A DNA stretch of 64,000 nt from an uncultured Gammaproteobacteria bacterium (GCA_963771615.1 CAVYUD010000001.1:11490-75489); one strand, 5' to 3'. Counted from the stretch's first letter, positions 29,512 to 40,571 are shown. Numbers and translations are program-made. The notes: generated by a model from the letters alone, not told the origin.

Positions 29512-30420
29512 ATGAAGTACACATTTCACATCGTCGATGTTTTCAGTTCAACACCGTTCGGCGGTAATCAACTCGCCGTTCTGCCTGACGCGGCCGGCAT
29601 TTCTAGCGAGGGGATGCAGAAGATTGCTCGCGAATTCAATTTCGGCGAAACGACCTTCGTCCTGCCGAGGAAGGATCCTGCAAACACGTGCCGGGTGCGC
29701 ATCTTCTCACCGCGGGCGGAGCTCGACTTTGCGGGGCATCCCACGGTCGGCACAGCCTGTGCGCTTGTGATTAAACAGCACGTACGACTTAGTGATCCAA
29801 TCCGGCTCATTCTGGAGGAGAATGTTGGTCCCGTGACGGTCGACGTCGCTCAGCGAAATGGAGCGTTCCACGGCACGTTGACGTTGTCGCGGAAGATCGA
29901 GACACCGACCGGCGCACCTTCTCCGACTGATCTCGCCGCAGTCCTATCGATCGAGCCCGCCGAGGTGAGCCAAGTGCTTTTTGCGGGCGTCGGTCTTCCA
30001 TTCTGTTTTGCGCAACTGAGCTCGAACGAGGTCGTCGATCGGGCGGCGATCAATCGGGCGGCTTGGGCGGCTACGCTCGCGCGCGCGTGGTCTCCGCACG
30101 TCTTCTTCTTCGCAGGAGATCTTCGGGATGGCGGCAAGCTCTATGCTCGCATGTGCGCACCCGCGCTGGGCGTCGAAGAAGATCCCGCGACCGGCAGCGC
30201 TTGTGCCGCCTTGGTCGGGGCCATGGCATCGAAGCCCGATTTTGGCGGGATGGCCTATCGCCTTTCGATCGAGCAAGGCGTCTCGATGGGGCGCCGAAGC
30301 GATATCGAAGCGGAAGCTCGCAAGCGCGACGGTGTGGTGACCTCTGTCAGCGTTGGCGGCGCGACAACCTACATCGCAAGCGGCGAGATCGAGGTGCCGC
30401 CGTCCGCGCTTGTGTCTTAG
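29512..30420 (+). CDS. PhzF-family isomerase
   Basis: MKYTFHIVDVFSSTPFGGNQLAVL...EFNFGETTFV...DPATGSA motifs. Confidence 0.85.
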   Translation: MKYTFHIVDVFSSTPFGGNQLAVLPDAAGISSEGMQKIAREFNFGETTFVLPRKDPANTCRVRIFSPRAELDFAGHPTVGTACALVIKQHVRLSDPIRLILEENVGPVTVDVAQRNGAFHGTLTLSRKIETPTGAPSPTDLAAVLSIEPAEVSQVLFAGVGLPFCFAQLSSNEVVDRAAINRAAWAATLARAWSPHVFFFAGDLRDGGKLYARMCAPALGVEEDPATGSACAALVGAMASKPDFGGMAYRLSIEQGVSMGRRSDIEAEARKRDGVVTSVSVGGATTYIASGEIEVPPSALVS

Positions 30421-30461
30421 ACAGTCGAGTGTGAGCCCATGGGGTAAACCGGAGAATTGAT

Positions 30462-31223
30462 ATGAAAATTATGCCTATCTTGATCGCAGTCCTCGCGCTT
30501 GTTTCCGGCGCGAATGCCTTGGACAACGCAAGTAATTCAACTGCCGCCACAATCGCGGTCGCCGATCCGTCGCGCCCGGACTCTGACACCACCCGGGATG
30601 CTGACCGAAAGCCGGCGCAAATATTAGCGTTCGTGGGCATTAAGTCAGGGGATAACGTTGCTGACTACGTCGCAGACGCAGGCTATTTCACGCGTCTCTT
30701 CTCTAGCATCGTCGGCTCCACGGGTCACGTTTACGCGGTGGAGCCCACCGCCTTCTTCAAGTTCGAGCACTTCGTTAAGGCTGTCGCGGAGCTGCAGGGC
30801 TATGCCGTCGCCCATCCAAATGTAACAGTTACGACTGCCGCGGCGCTCGAAGGACTAAAGTTCCCCGAGAAGCTCGACCTGTTCTGGATTTCCCGAAATT
30901 ATCACGACCTACACGACGAGTTCATGGGCCCGGTCGACACCGCCGCGTTCAACAAGGCCGTGTACAGTGCGCTGAAGCCCGGCGGCGTATATGTAGTTCT
31001 CGATCACTCCGCCGCTCTGGGTGCTCCGGCAAATGTAACCGAGACCTTGCATCGCATCGAGTCCTCGACCGTGCGCCGCGAGGTCGAGGCCGCGGGGTTC
31101 AAGTTTGACTCCGAGAGTTCGATTCTCGCCAATCCGGCGGATCCCCGTACGGCGAAAGTGTTCGACCCGACGATTCGCGGACACACCGACCAGTTCATCC
31201 TGAAGTTCCGCAAGCCTAAGTAA
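30462..31223 (+). CDS. Periplasmic class I SAM-dependent methyltransferase-like protein
   Basis: Signal peptide (MKIMPILIAVLALVSGANA), then VADYVADAGYFTRLFS...YVVLDH. Fits the predicted-methyltransferase (COG4798-like) pattern. Confidence 0.7.
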   Translation: MKIMPILIAVLALVSGANALDNASNSTAATIAVADPSRPDSDTTRDADRKPAQILAFVGIKSGDNVADYVADAGYFTRLFSSIVGSTGHVYAVEPTAFFKFEHFVKAVAELQGYAVAHPNVTVTTAAALEGLKFPEKLDLFWISRNYHDLHDEFMGPVDTAAFNKAVYSALKPGGVYVVLDHSAALGAPANVTETLHRIESSTVRREVEAAGFKFDSESSILANPADPRTAKVFDPTIRGHTDQFILKFRKPK

Positions 31224-31229
31224 AGAGGA

Positions 31230-31258
31230 TGGCAATATTTGCCAATTCATGTTTTTTT
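31230..31258 (+). terminator. Possible weak intrinsic terminator (TGGCAA-TAT-TTGCCA stem, T7 run 8 nt downstream)
   Basis: Stem read directly at 31230-31244, T-run at 31252-31258. The stem-to-T-run spacing is not ideal. Confidence 0.3.
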
Positions 31259-31294
31259 CGAAAGTCTGGGTATATCAAAACACATCGAGGGAAA

Positions 31295-31735
31295 ATGACT
31301 AAGACTATTATCTTATGCATGTGTCTCGTAGCTTGTTCACTTTCGCTCAATGCACGCGCCCAGGATGAGCGCGCTTATGCCGAGGGCCCGGTCACTGAGG
31401 TGGACTACATACAAGTTGAGTACGGGAGATTTGAAACGTACATCGATTGGCTAAATTCGACATGGAAGCCGACCATGGAAGCCACGAAGAAAGCCGGGCT
31501 GATCATCGATTACAAGGTCTTCAGGCTCACTCCAAAATTGCCGGATCAGCCCAATATAATCTTGTGGATCACTTATAAAAACGCGGCTGCGGCTTTGGAT
31601 AAGGGCGTCGAGCTAGAAGCAGTGGCCAAGAAAGTAATCTGTAGCACCGAGTGCCAGAACAAGGCCAGAGTGGCCCGGAGTGAATACAGAAAAGTTCTGG
31701 GCACAGAATATGTTCGTGAACTTATTTTAAGATGA
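31295..31735 (+). CDS. Secreted hypothetical protein (low GC)
   Basis: Internal Met gives MTKTIILCMCLVACSLSLNARA, a signal peptide. No recognisable domain. Confidence 0.5.
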   Translation: MTKTIILCMCLVACSLSLNARAQDERAYAEGPVTEVDYIQVEYGRFETYIDWLNSTWKPTMEATKKAGLIIDYKVFRLTPKLPDQPNIILWITYKNAAAALDKGVELEAVAKKVICSTECQNKARVARSEYRKVLGTEYVRELILR

Positions 31736-31799
31736 GATTGTTATACGTGTCTGTGGAAACCCAATCCGCGAGTGTGCGGTGGATCGCGAGGAATGCAAG

Positions 31800-32237
31800 A
31801 TGCGGGAATATAAGGGCGGATGCCATTGTGGCGCTCTCGGAATAATCTATCGCACCAGCATCGATCCCATGGACTGGCGCCTGCGGCACGACGGCTGTTC
31901 GTTTTGTCGGCGCCACGGGGTGGTTGGCACATCGGACCCGACGGGCAATCTCTCCATTGACATCGAGAATCTCTCCAAGGTTCGGTACTATCGTTTCGCA
32001 CACGGGACCGCGGATTTCTTGATTTGCGGTGAGTGCGGTGTGTTCGTTGCGGCGATCACCGACACTGCCGGAGGAAGGCGCGCAGTCATCAATGCACGCG
32101 TACTCGATGGCATCTCGTTAAATTGGGCCTCGGTGGCGGACGTGCACTTTGATGACGAAAGCCCGCAGCAGCGGGCGGATCGACGATCCCAGCACTGGAC
32201 TCCCGTGGTCGGTGCCGCGAACCGGAAGTCGGCTTGA
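31800..32237 (+). CDS. GFA/CENP-V family (glutathione-dependent formaldehyde-activating-like) protein
   Basis: MREYKGGCHCGA...CSFCRRHG...ICGECGVF zinc-binding Cys pattern. Confidence 0.8.
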   Translation: MREYKGGCHCGALGIIYRTSIDPMDWRLRHDGCSFCRRHGVVGTSDPTGNLSIDIENLSKVRYYRFAHGTADFLICGECGVFVAAITDTAGGRRAVINARVLDGISLNWASVADVHFDDESPQQRADRRSQHWTPVVGAANRKSA

Positions 32238-32924
32238 AAGGTTAGAGAAATCAGGAGAGGCGCGAGGCGACAAATAGAAGGGCTCTTGTAAGTTGCGCTC
32301 ATGGTGAACGCACGCGAGAGCGAAGAGCTGCCCAGATCGCCGTGTCTGACGGATACGTCGGAGCTTCTCCGCGGGAAACGCGTCCTAGAAATCAATCACC
32401 CGGCGCTGCGACTTTTTTTGTTCCGATCCAGATCGAATCCGGACCGAGTGTTGCCGCACGCCTTATCGTGTAGGCGGCGGCTTTTACTGTGATTTGATCG
32501 AGCGCGCCAAATGGCGAAGCGCATGATAATGACTGATGTCGCGATGATCGGCAGCGCACGCTCGAGACTATTCAGCTTGGCCGTGTTGCGGGCTGCAGGC
32601 GGAGCAGCCTTTCATCCTTGGCCAACAATGGAAAGGGAAGGTAGGGCTTACAGCAAATATCGACTCCGGGGCTTGAGGGGTCACGGCAAATGAAGTTCAG
32701 GCTCGGTACGGCGCACGGGCTGTTTTCGGCGCTTACGCTGCGATTTTGGTTGCGCTCGTTGGATTCCATTTTGTGATCCGCATTGACGGTACCCACCCGC
32801 GGCTGCCACCTACTCGGGAAGCAATTTGGCATTTCGGCCCAAAGGTTGCACGCGAGCAGCCCTCGATTCGCCTCGATGAACATGTCGTATCCGTATGGAC
32901 CAACCGAGTCCCTCGGCAATATAA

Positions 32925-32938
32925 TGGTAGCGCTATCA
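32925..32938. promoter_or_regulatory. Pseudo-palindrome TGGTAGCGCTATCA, putative LacI-family operator overlapping a perfect TATAAT (32920-32925)
   Basis: A 15-nt identical copy (ATGGTAGCGCTATCA) occurs at 37340-37354. It resembles CebR/CelR-type boxes (TGGGAGCGCTCCCA). It lies 92 bp upstream of ATG 33030. Confidence 0.45.
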
Positions 32939-33029
32939 GACGCGGCTTCAAGACTGCAATGCGCCGCGCCGGGGATGCGCTGGCGATAGGGCCGGCGCGC
33001 GTTGGTGGCGTAGCTTTTGGGGAAATTTC

Positions 33030-34673
33030 ATGCATACGCTTGCCACAATTGAACCCGCCGATGGAACTTTGATGACGGCCACGGGCGCGTGGGGTTTTCG
33101 ATCTACGACGTTTATCGTGGCACTGTTTTGCCTTGCGGGCTGCGGAGGCGGGTCCACTAACGGCGCGACCGGCGGCAACGGGGTGATGAACGCCGGTGGA
33201 TCGAGCACCACCGCTGTTCTGGTGTCGATAGATACGACGCCAGCGAATCCGAGCCTCGCGGTTGGCACGCAAGTAAAGTTGATCATCACGGGACGTCTAT
33301 CCGATGGCACTACCACGTCATCCGTTGCAGCTCCCTACTTCAGTTCCTCGGCGCCCACAGTGGCAGCGGTGGATCAAGCCGGGAATGTGAGTGCCCTGGC
33401 CATTGGGTCCACAACGATCACAGTCACAGTCAACGCCATCACGACGACGACGATAGTCACTGTGACTTCCGGCGTGGCATCCGTGTCGTACCTGTACTCC
33501 TTTGGACTCGTGCAGTCTGACGGTGCTCAGCCGGAAGGCTTCCTCCAGGCCAGCGATGGAAACTTCTATGGCTCGACCGCGACGGGGGGCGCAGGCAACG
33601 CATGCTCCGATATGGAGAACTCCTGTGGCGCAATCTTTAAGATGACGCCGGCCGGGAACGAGACGGTGCTGTACTCCTTCGGAGCGAACACCTCTGATGG
33701 ATACTGGCCGGGTGGCCTCATACGCGCCAGCGACGGCAATTTCTATGGTACGACCGTAGACGGGGGGAAATATGGATATGGCACGTTCTTCAAGCTGACT
33801 CTCGATGGAGTCGAAACGTTGCTGTACTCCTTTGGCGCCTCATCGTCTGATGGGATCACTCCGGTGGGTCTCGTTGCCGGTTCAGACGGTAACTTCTACG
33901 GGATAACCTCTACCGGGGGAGCGAACTCTTGTGTACAAACGCCAGGCGCCGGCAACAACTGTGGCACCGTCTTCAGGCTGACTGCGGCTGGTGTCGAAAC
34001 CATTCTGTATAACTTTGGGGCCAACGCGTCCGACGGCGTAGAACCGAACGGGCTGATACTTGCGACCGATGGCAACTTGTACGGAACGACTGCCTCGGGC
34101 GGCACCAATGCCTGCGGCGATCTCCCCGGAGAAACCAATGACTGCGGCACGCTCTTCAGAGTAACCCTCGACGGCACGGAGACGGTCCTTTTCTCCTTCG
34201 GGGGCGACCGACTGAACGGGTCATCCCCGCATGGGTCTGCCCCGCAGGGGGTTCTCCTTCAGGGGAGCGACGGAAATCTCTACGGCGCCACGGCGAGCGG
34301 CGGCGCGAACGGCCTCGGGTGCGGGATTATCTATCGAATGAGCCTGACCGGTACGCAGTCAGTCCTGCATTCATTTGGATCCTCGAATCCGGACGGATGT
34401 GGACCTAACGGTCTCATACAGGGCGCCGACGGAAACTTCTACGGCACCACAGGCAACGGCGGCGCATTCGGTGGGGACCTCACCGGTACCGCATTTGAGC
34501 TTACGCCTGCTGGAGTCGAAACAGTTTTATATTCGTTTGGGCCTCTCAACATCGCTCCGTCTCAACCGCATGGTCTACTTCAGGGCAGTGATGGGAACTT
34601 CTATGGATTGACTAGCTATTCCTTTCCCGGATCCGGAGCTGGCTCGCTCTTCAGGCTCGTGTTGACGCACTGA
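33030..34673 (+). CDS. Lipoprotein with a Big_2 Ig-like domain and seven GloVer (Gloeo_Verruco-type) tandem repeats
   Basis: Lipobox FCLAG|C. Big_2-like segment (VSIDTTPANPSLAVGTQVKL...STTITVTV). Seven units of ...LYSFG...SDG..P.GL...SDGNFYGTT..GG....G..F.L...G.ET. Confidence 0.75.
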   Translation: MHTLATIEPADGTLMTATGAWGFRSTTFIVALFCLAGCGGGSTNGATGGNGVMNAGGSSTTAVLVSIDTTPANPSLAVGTQVKLIITGRLSDGTTTSSVAAPYFSSSAPTVAAVDQAGNVSALAIGSTTITVTVNAITTTTIVTVTSGVASVSYLYSFGLVQSDGAQPEGFLQASDGNFYGSTATGGAGNACSDMENSCGAIFKMTPAGNETVLYSFGANTSDGYWPGGLIRASDGNFYGTTVDGGKYGYGTFFKLTLDGVETLLYSFGASSSDGITPVGLVAGSDGNFYGITSTGGANSCVQTPGAGNNCGTVFRLTAAGVETILYNFGANASDGVEPNGLILATDGNLYGTTASGGTNACGDLPGETNDCGTLFRVTLDGTETVLFSFGGDRLNGSSPHGSAPQGVLLQGSDGNLYGATASGGANGLGCGIIYRMSLTGTQSVLHSFGSSNPDGCGPNGLIQGADGNFYGTTGNGGAFGGDLTGTAFELTPAGVETVLYSFGPLNIAPSQPHGLLQGSDGNFYGLTSYSFPGSGAGSLFRLVLTH

Positions 34674-34748
34674 GCACAACTCGGGAACTGTACTTATGCC
34701 ACTCGCACTCCAGCCTAAAGGAAGTGGTGGGCTACGACCAGCCGATGG

Positions 34749-34768
34749 GATTGGCTCCCCGGGACGGA
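34749..34768. repeat. 20-nt exact copy of the tRNA-Asn 3' end and flank (GATTGGCTCCCCGGGACGGA): outermost att remnant
   Basis: Identical to 51029-51048. Read directly. Confidence 0.7.
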
Positions 34769-35344
34769 GCCGAAATCATGCGAAAACCGCGGGAATTTCC
34801 CCGCACTTTTCGTGTCTGCGGATTTCCGATACCCGCAAAAACACCCCTGCCAAAAACATGGCTGCCGCCGGACGTTGTCGGATGACAGATCACCGGATCC
34901 GACAGAAAGCTACGAGATCGAACACACCGGATCGCCATCATTTATTCCAAATACACCGGCAGCGACTTCAATCCACGGAAAACCGGTGACGCGCGCCAAC
35001 GAATTTCCGCGCGTGGAACGGCCAATCGAATGTTGGGAAATCGGGCGAGCAACTTGTTAAAGGCGATGCCCCGCCGGCGATTCATCAAGCTCGGCAATGA
35101 CGCTGTGCGCGAAATGTACGATCGTTAGAAGCGTCTCCATGGCGGGTTCGGATGCGCGCCGCAGCAGGCTTGGAGGTTTATTTGCATACATAGCTAGATT
35201 TGGTCAGGCTGGCGGTTTAATTCCCAATCTCGCAGGGTAACGTCAATGAAATGGAAGGCGCCGGATCCACAAGCTAGGGATTGCCATCACGGCTTCGCGC
35301 ATGGAAAGTGATGAAACCGCCAACTGCCGCTGGCGCAGCTCGCT

Positions 35345-37074
35345 TTGTTGGCTCTTGGACTGGGCGTCGTCACCGGCATCGGCGCGGTGTTGTTCCGCGA
35401 TTTGATTGGCCTTATTCACAATCTATTCTTTACCGGCCACGCATTGCTTCACTACGATGCGAATGTTTTCACAGCTCCCGCGCCATGGGGCGCGTGGGTG
35501 ATCCTGGTGCCCGTGTTGGGCGCGATTGGCGTGACGTTTCTGGTAACCAATTTTGCCCCGGAGGCCAAAGGCCATGGCGTGCCCGAGGTCATGGATGCGA
35601 TCTATCACAAAGGCGGCGTCATCCGCCCGGTGGTGGCATTGGTCAAATCCTTGGCCTCAGCCCTGGCTATCGGCAGCGGCTCATCGGTTGGGCGCGAAGG
35701 ACCCATTATCCAGATCGGATCCGCGCTCGGTTCGACTTTAGGACAGATCGTTCGCATGCCTGCGGGCCAGCGAATTGCCCTGGTCGCCGCAGGCGCGGGC
35801 GCGGGGATCGCTGCCACGTTCAACACGCCCATTGGCGGCGTGATGTTTGCCATCGAGCTGATGATGCCGGAGGTGAGCGTCGAGACTTTCCTTCCGGTCG
35901 CCATTGCGACGGGAACCGCGACCTTCGTGGGCCGCTGGTTCTTTGGCGATACGCCGGCCTTCCATGTGCCGCCGCTTCAGGCGATGGCCGTCGATTCAAA
36001 CGCGCTGATCGTGCTGATCCTGTTCGCCGTGCTCGGTGCGCTGAGCGGAGTGGCCGCGGCGGGCTTCATCAAAGCGCTGCATCTCGCTGAGGATTTGTTC
36101 GACAGGATCAAGTCGCGCTATTTGCGCCACATGCTGGGCATGCTGATCGTGGGCGTGCTCATGTACGTGCTGTTGCGCATCTTCGGTCAGTACTACGTCG
36201 ATGGGGTCGGTTACGCCACCGTTCAGGCGGTGTTGGCGGGACAGATCTCGACCTTTTGGCTGCTCGCACTCCTCGGCCTCTGCAAAGCGTTGGCGACATC
36301 GATCAGTCTCGGATCGGGCTCATCGGGGGTATCTTTTCGCCTTCGTTGTATATGGGCGCTGCCCTGGGTGGCGCATTCGCGGCACTCTGGAATGTGGCCG
36401 GCCTGCCGATTCAGTTAAGCGTTCCCGCGTTCGCGATGGTCGGCATGGGTGCGATGGTGGGCGGCGGCACCGGCGCGGTGATGACGGCCGTCACGATGAT
36501 TTTCGAAATGACGCTCGACTACAGCATCGTGATGCCGATGATTGTGGCGGTGGCGATGAGCATCGGCGCGCGCCGCGTGCTTTCTCGCGAGACCATCTAC
36601 ACCCTGAAGCTGGTACGCCGCGGACGTGCGATTCCGAAGGCGCGCCATGCGAACATGTTTCTCGTCCGCTCTGCGCGCGAAGTGATGGACGCCGATATCC
36701 AGGTTCTGCCGGCGGAAGAGAGTTTCGATGAGTATTTGCGTCAGCCCGAGCATGCCGGCCGACTGCGCTACGTCGTTGTCACGGACAAAGGCCATCTGTT
36801 CGGCGTGATCCGCGTCAACACGGGACTGCGGCGAGGCTTGGAAGGTGCGAATACCGGCGTGAGTTTAGGCGATGTTGCCAACCGAAACTTCACCGTGGTG
36901 CGCGAAGATGAGACTGCTTTTGATGTCATCCGCCGCATGTGGCGGCGCAAGGCGATCATGGCGGTGGTTGTGCGTGGCCGCGGAGTCCCACGCGGCAGCG
37001 ATGTCGCCGGCGTGATCACCAAGGAACACGTGGCGGACTCTGTTGCGGACAGCGTGAAGGCCTATCCGCAATAA
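35345..37074 (+). CDS. ClC-family voltage-gated chloride channel with C-terminal CBS pair, one frameshift as sequenced
   Basis: GKEGP-type and GSGIPE-type motifs are present as GREGPIIQ and GHGVPEV. ORF 35345..36418 continues in ORF 36256..37074 (GIFSPSLYMGAALGG, then CBS domains). The shift is in the G-run 36325-36329. The start is uncertain (TTG 35345, or ATG 35311 in another frame). Confidence 0.8.
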
Positions 37075-37340
37075 GAAAATCAGGTTAGCGACTGCGTCAA
37101 ACCGCCAAAATTGCTTCAGCTCCGGCGGGCGTTGGCAGACCTAACAGCTCCCATAGGTGAGGCGGACTGCTCGACGTTACGCCAAAGAGGCGGACTACTT
37201 ATAAGAGTTTGCTGCCTTAGTCGCCCTGGTGGTCCCCTTGGGTATCAACAGGTGGTCGGCCGAAATTGGATTTATTCTAAAAAATTGGAAAAGCGATTTC
37301 GCAACCGCCCTCGAGCGCAATCACGGTCGCATTCTGAATA

Positions 37341-37354
37341 TGGTAGCGCTATCA
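37341..37354. promoter_or_regulatory. Second copy of TGGTAGCGCTATCA, putative LacI-family operator 35 bp upstream of the GH3 start
   Basis: Same 15-nt string as at 32924-32938. Located between a possible -10 element and the RBS AAGGGGAGG. Confidence 0.45.
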
Positions 37355-37388
37355 TTTATGTCTAAGTAAAGGGGAGGCGGGCTGCAGC

Positions 37389-40086
37389 ATGAGACGGTTC
37401 ACCGTTACCGCTTTCGTATACCTGTTGGCATCAGCCGCCGCTTGGTCTGAAGATGCCACCCATCTCGCCGCTCCAGTCGCGAGCGCGAAGCGGCAGCCAC
37501 CGGCACGAGGCGAGTCAAGCCTGCCGTATTTGGACACCCGCCTTACGGCAGAGGAGAGGGCCACCGATTTGGTAGGCCGTATGACTCTCGCCGAGAAGGC
37601 CGCGGAGATGCAGAACAATTCTGCGGCAGTACCGAGACTCAACGTCCCCGCATATCAGTGGTGGAGCGAGGCGCTGCATGGAGTCATTAACGACGGTGTC
37701 ACCGAGTACCCTGAGCCCATCGGATTGGCGGCCAGCTTTGATGCGCCCGCCATCCACGCGATGGCGGCTCAGATCGGCATCGAGGGGCGGATAAAACACG
37801 TGCAAAATGCCCGCGAGGGACACACCGGAATCATGGGCGGGCTGGATTTTTGGTCGCCCAATCTGAATATTTTCCGAGATCCGCGCTGGGGCCGCGGCCA
37901 GGAGACCTACGGGGAAGACCCCTTCCTGACCGGACGCATGGGCGTCGCCTATGTGACCGGACTGCAGGGCGACGATCCGAGATACTACCTCGCCATTGCC
38001 ACCCCAAAGCACTTTGCGGTCCATAGCGGGCCGGAGCCGACGCGGCATTTTGCCGACGTCGATGTCAGCCTACACGATGAGCTGGATACCTATGAACCCG
38101 CATTTCGTGCGGCTGTCGTGGAAGGCAAGGCTGCCTCAGTGATGTGTGCGTACAACGCCATCAATGGAGAGCCGGCATGCGCCAACCAGCACCTGCTGCA
38201 GGACCAGCTGCGCGGCCGGTGGGGCTTCACCGGGTACGTGGTCTCTGACTGCGATGCGGTTCGAGACATCGCCGCCAGTCATCGTTACCGCACCACGCAG
38301 GCGCAGGGCGTTGCCATATCCGTCATTCGAGGCATGGACAACGAATGCGTCACCTTCACCTCGAGATTCGGAGAGCCCGTCGAAAAAGCCTATGTGGACG
38401 CCGTGCAGCAGGGATATCTGCCGGAAGCCAAACTCGACGCGGCGCTGATCCGCCTGTTCACGGCTCGAATCAAGCTGGGCATGTTCGACCCGGCGGGAAT
38501 GGTTCCCTATGCGGCGATCGACGAGAAAGAACTGGACAGCACTGAGCATCGTGCCCACGCGCTCAAGCTTGCCAACGAGTCCATGGTATTGCTGAAGAAT
38601 GACGGCACCCTCCCAATCAAGAGCACCACGCAAAATATCGTGGTGGTCGGTCCGCTTGCCAGCCAGACCAAGGTGCTGCTCGGCAACTATTCGGGAAGGC
38701 CGACCCACAGCGTCTCCATCCTCGACGGTCTGAAGAAGGAATTTCCGACCGCCAAGATCACTTTCGTTCCGGGAATCCAGTTTCTGCGCAACGACGGCGA
38801 GCCGGTTGCGGACTCCATGCTCAGCACTCCGAGCGGACAGGCTGGGCTGACGGCGAAATACGGCGAGCCGAAAGGTGGTTTTGATGTCGCATCCGAGAAA
38901 GCGCTCGTCACCAGGACCGAAACCAACATCAATCTTTCCCAGTCCAGCCTGCCTTCGTTGCTCGCCGGAAAAAAGATCGTCACCGTGGAATGGACCGGTT
39001 CGATCGCGGTGCCGGAAACTGGTGACTATCTACTCGGCATGCGCGGCGTCGGCATTGCCGACCTAACGATCGATGGTAAGCGAGTCGCAAACCTGGCGGC
39101 TTACGATGACGCGGAGGCGGCCACGGGCCGAGTTCATTTCGTCCAGGGCCAGAAAGCCGCATTGACCGTGCATTACCGCAGCATGCCCAATGCACCGCGA
39201 CTCCAGCTCATCTGGGCAAGGGTCGATGACGATGTCTCTCCCGACGCCCTCACAGCCGCCCGCGGAGCCGACCTGGTGGTCGCTGTCGTCGGCATCACCA
39301 GCAGGCTTGAGGGTGAGGAAATGCCGGTCTCGATTCCGGGGTTTCTGGGCGGAGATCGAACCAGCATTGATCTGCCCCAACCGGAGGAAGCGCTCCTTGA
39401 AGCGATCGCCGGCACCGGCAAGCCCCTGGCCGTGGTCCTTCTGAATGGCAGTGCGCTCGCAGTCAACTGGATGAGCAGCCATGCCAATGCCATTCTTGAA
39501 GCATGGTATCCGGGCGAGGAGGGCGGGACGGCCGTCGCAAAAACGCTGAGCGGTGAAAACAATCCTGCCGGCCGGCTGCCGGTAACCTTCTACACCGGCG
39601 TTGAGCAGCTGCCTCACTTTGAAGATTACGGAATGGCCAACCGGACCTATCGTTATTTCGAGGGCAAGCCGCTTTATCCATTCGGATACGGGCTTGAGCT
39701 ATACGACCTTCAGCTACAGTGGCCTTCGCATTCCCATGCGCCCCGTGGCGGCGGGACAATCAGTCAACGCTGAAGCGACGGTCACCAACACCGGGAGGCT
39801 GGCGGGAGACGAGGTCGTTCAACTTTATCTTCAATTCCCGCCGGTCAAGGGGGCGCCGCTCGTCGCTCTTCGCGGCTTCGAGCGCGTCCATCTCGAGCCG
39901 GGTGCAAGCCGGCAGGTTCATTTTGAGTTGAAGAGCCGTGATTTGGGAATGGTCACGGAGGCTGGAAATCCGATCGTCGCCTCGGGGGACTACCGGGTCA
40001 GCATCGGCGGCGGTCAGCCGAATACCACTGCTGCCGTCGCGAGCGGGAAGTTCACCATCGATGGGCAGATCGCCCTGGCCGAATAG
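37389..40086 (+). CDS. Secreted glycoside hydrolase family 3 beta-glucosidase (BglX-like) with a PA14 insertion, one frameshift as sequenced
   Basis: KHFAVHSGPE and GFTGYVVSDCDAV (nucleophile Asp) motifs, a PA14-like segment at about 38800-39200, and a C-terminal Fn3-like domain in ORF 39601..40086 (GLSYTTFSYS...). The shift is at the G-run 39690-39692. Confidence 0.85.
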
Positions 40087-40456
40087 CGGATCGGGGCTAG
40101 TAGGACTATCGTAGAACCAGCAACGCGACGGAGAAAACAGAGGTAGTGGGAAAATTAGCCACCATGCGATGCCGCCGATCGCGATGGTCACCAATACGAA
40201 GCGGCGATCGTCGGTCGAACCAATGCTCTGTGAGTGCGCGCTCATCGCCTGAAATTGAACGGTCGTCATCTGCCGCAGAACTTCGTTGTCTCCCATGGTG
40301 GTAGGCGACCTTGGCGTCCCATTCGATTGCGATGAGATGCCGGCCGATTCGCAGCGGGGCGGGGCGGCGAAAGTAAGCGTTTTGTACGTATTTTCGACCA
40401 ACGAAAACAAATGACTCCGTAGAGCCTCAAGGAGATAGCGTAAGTCATTGTTTTGA

Positions 40457-40475
40457 TGGCTCCCCGGGACGGATT
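40457..40475. repeat. 19-nt copy of the tRNA-Asn 3' end (TGGCTCCCCGGGACGGATT): att remnant
   Basis: Identical to 51032-51050. With a 1-nt gap the match extends to GTTTTGA upstream (40450-40475 versus 51024-51050). Confidence 0.7.
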
Positions 40476-40555
40476 ACTCGGCGACCTCGCCCTTCGGGTC
40501 GCCCTAAAGGGCGATCGCCGCCGCTGTCGCGGCGTCGTCGAACCGTCTTGTTCAT

Positions 40556-40571
40556 GTCGGCGGTTCGAATC
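40556..40571. repeat. 16-nt tRNA-Asn T-arm fragment (GTCGGCGGTTCGAATC) in inverted orientation
   Basis: Exact reverse complement of 51047-51062. It overlaps the previous fragment's tRNA coordinates by 4 nt (GATT/AATC). Confidence 0.5.

Noticed and set aside
32691-33072. A possible small membrane protein: ATG 32691 (MKFRLGTAHGLFSALTL...) joined by a frameshift to ORF 32746..33072.
   Set aside because: It requires an assumed frameshift, has mediocre third-position GC and shows no homology signal. The region also carries the promoter/operator-like elements for the GloVer gene. It is left unannotated.
34885-34990. Recurrent (A)CACCGG(A/C) hexamers at ~30-bp spacing (34891, 34925, 34954), and GAATTTCC-like motifs, in the non-coding stretch after the outermost att remnant.
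   Set aside because: The motifs are too short and too few to distinguish from chance in GC-rich DNA. No associated gene or symmetry was found.
39760-40410. A 216-aa minus-strand ORF downstream of, and overlapping, the GH3 gene.
   Set aside because: About half of it is antisense to the well-supported GH3 C-terminal domain. The remainder has no recognisable features apart from one hydrophobic stretch.
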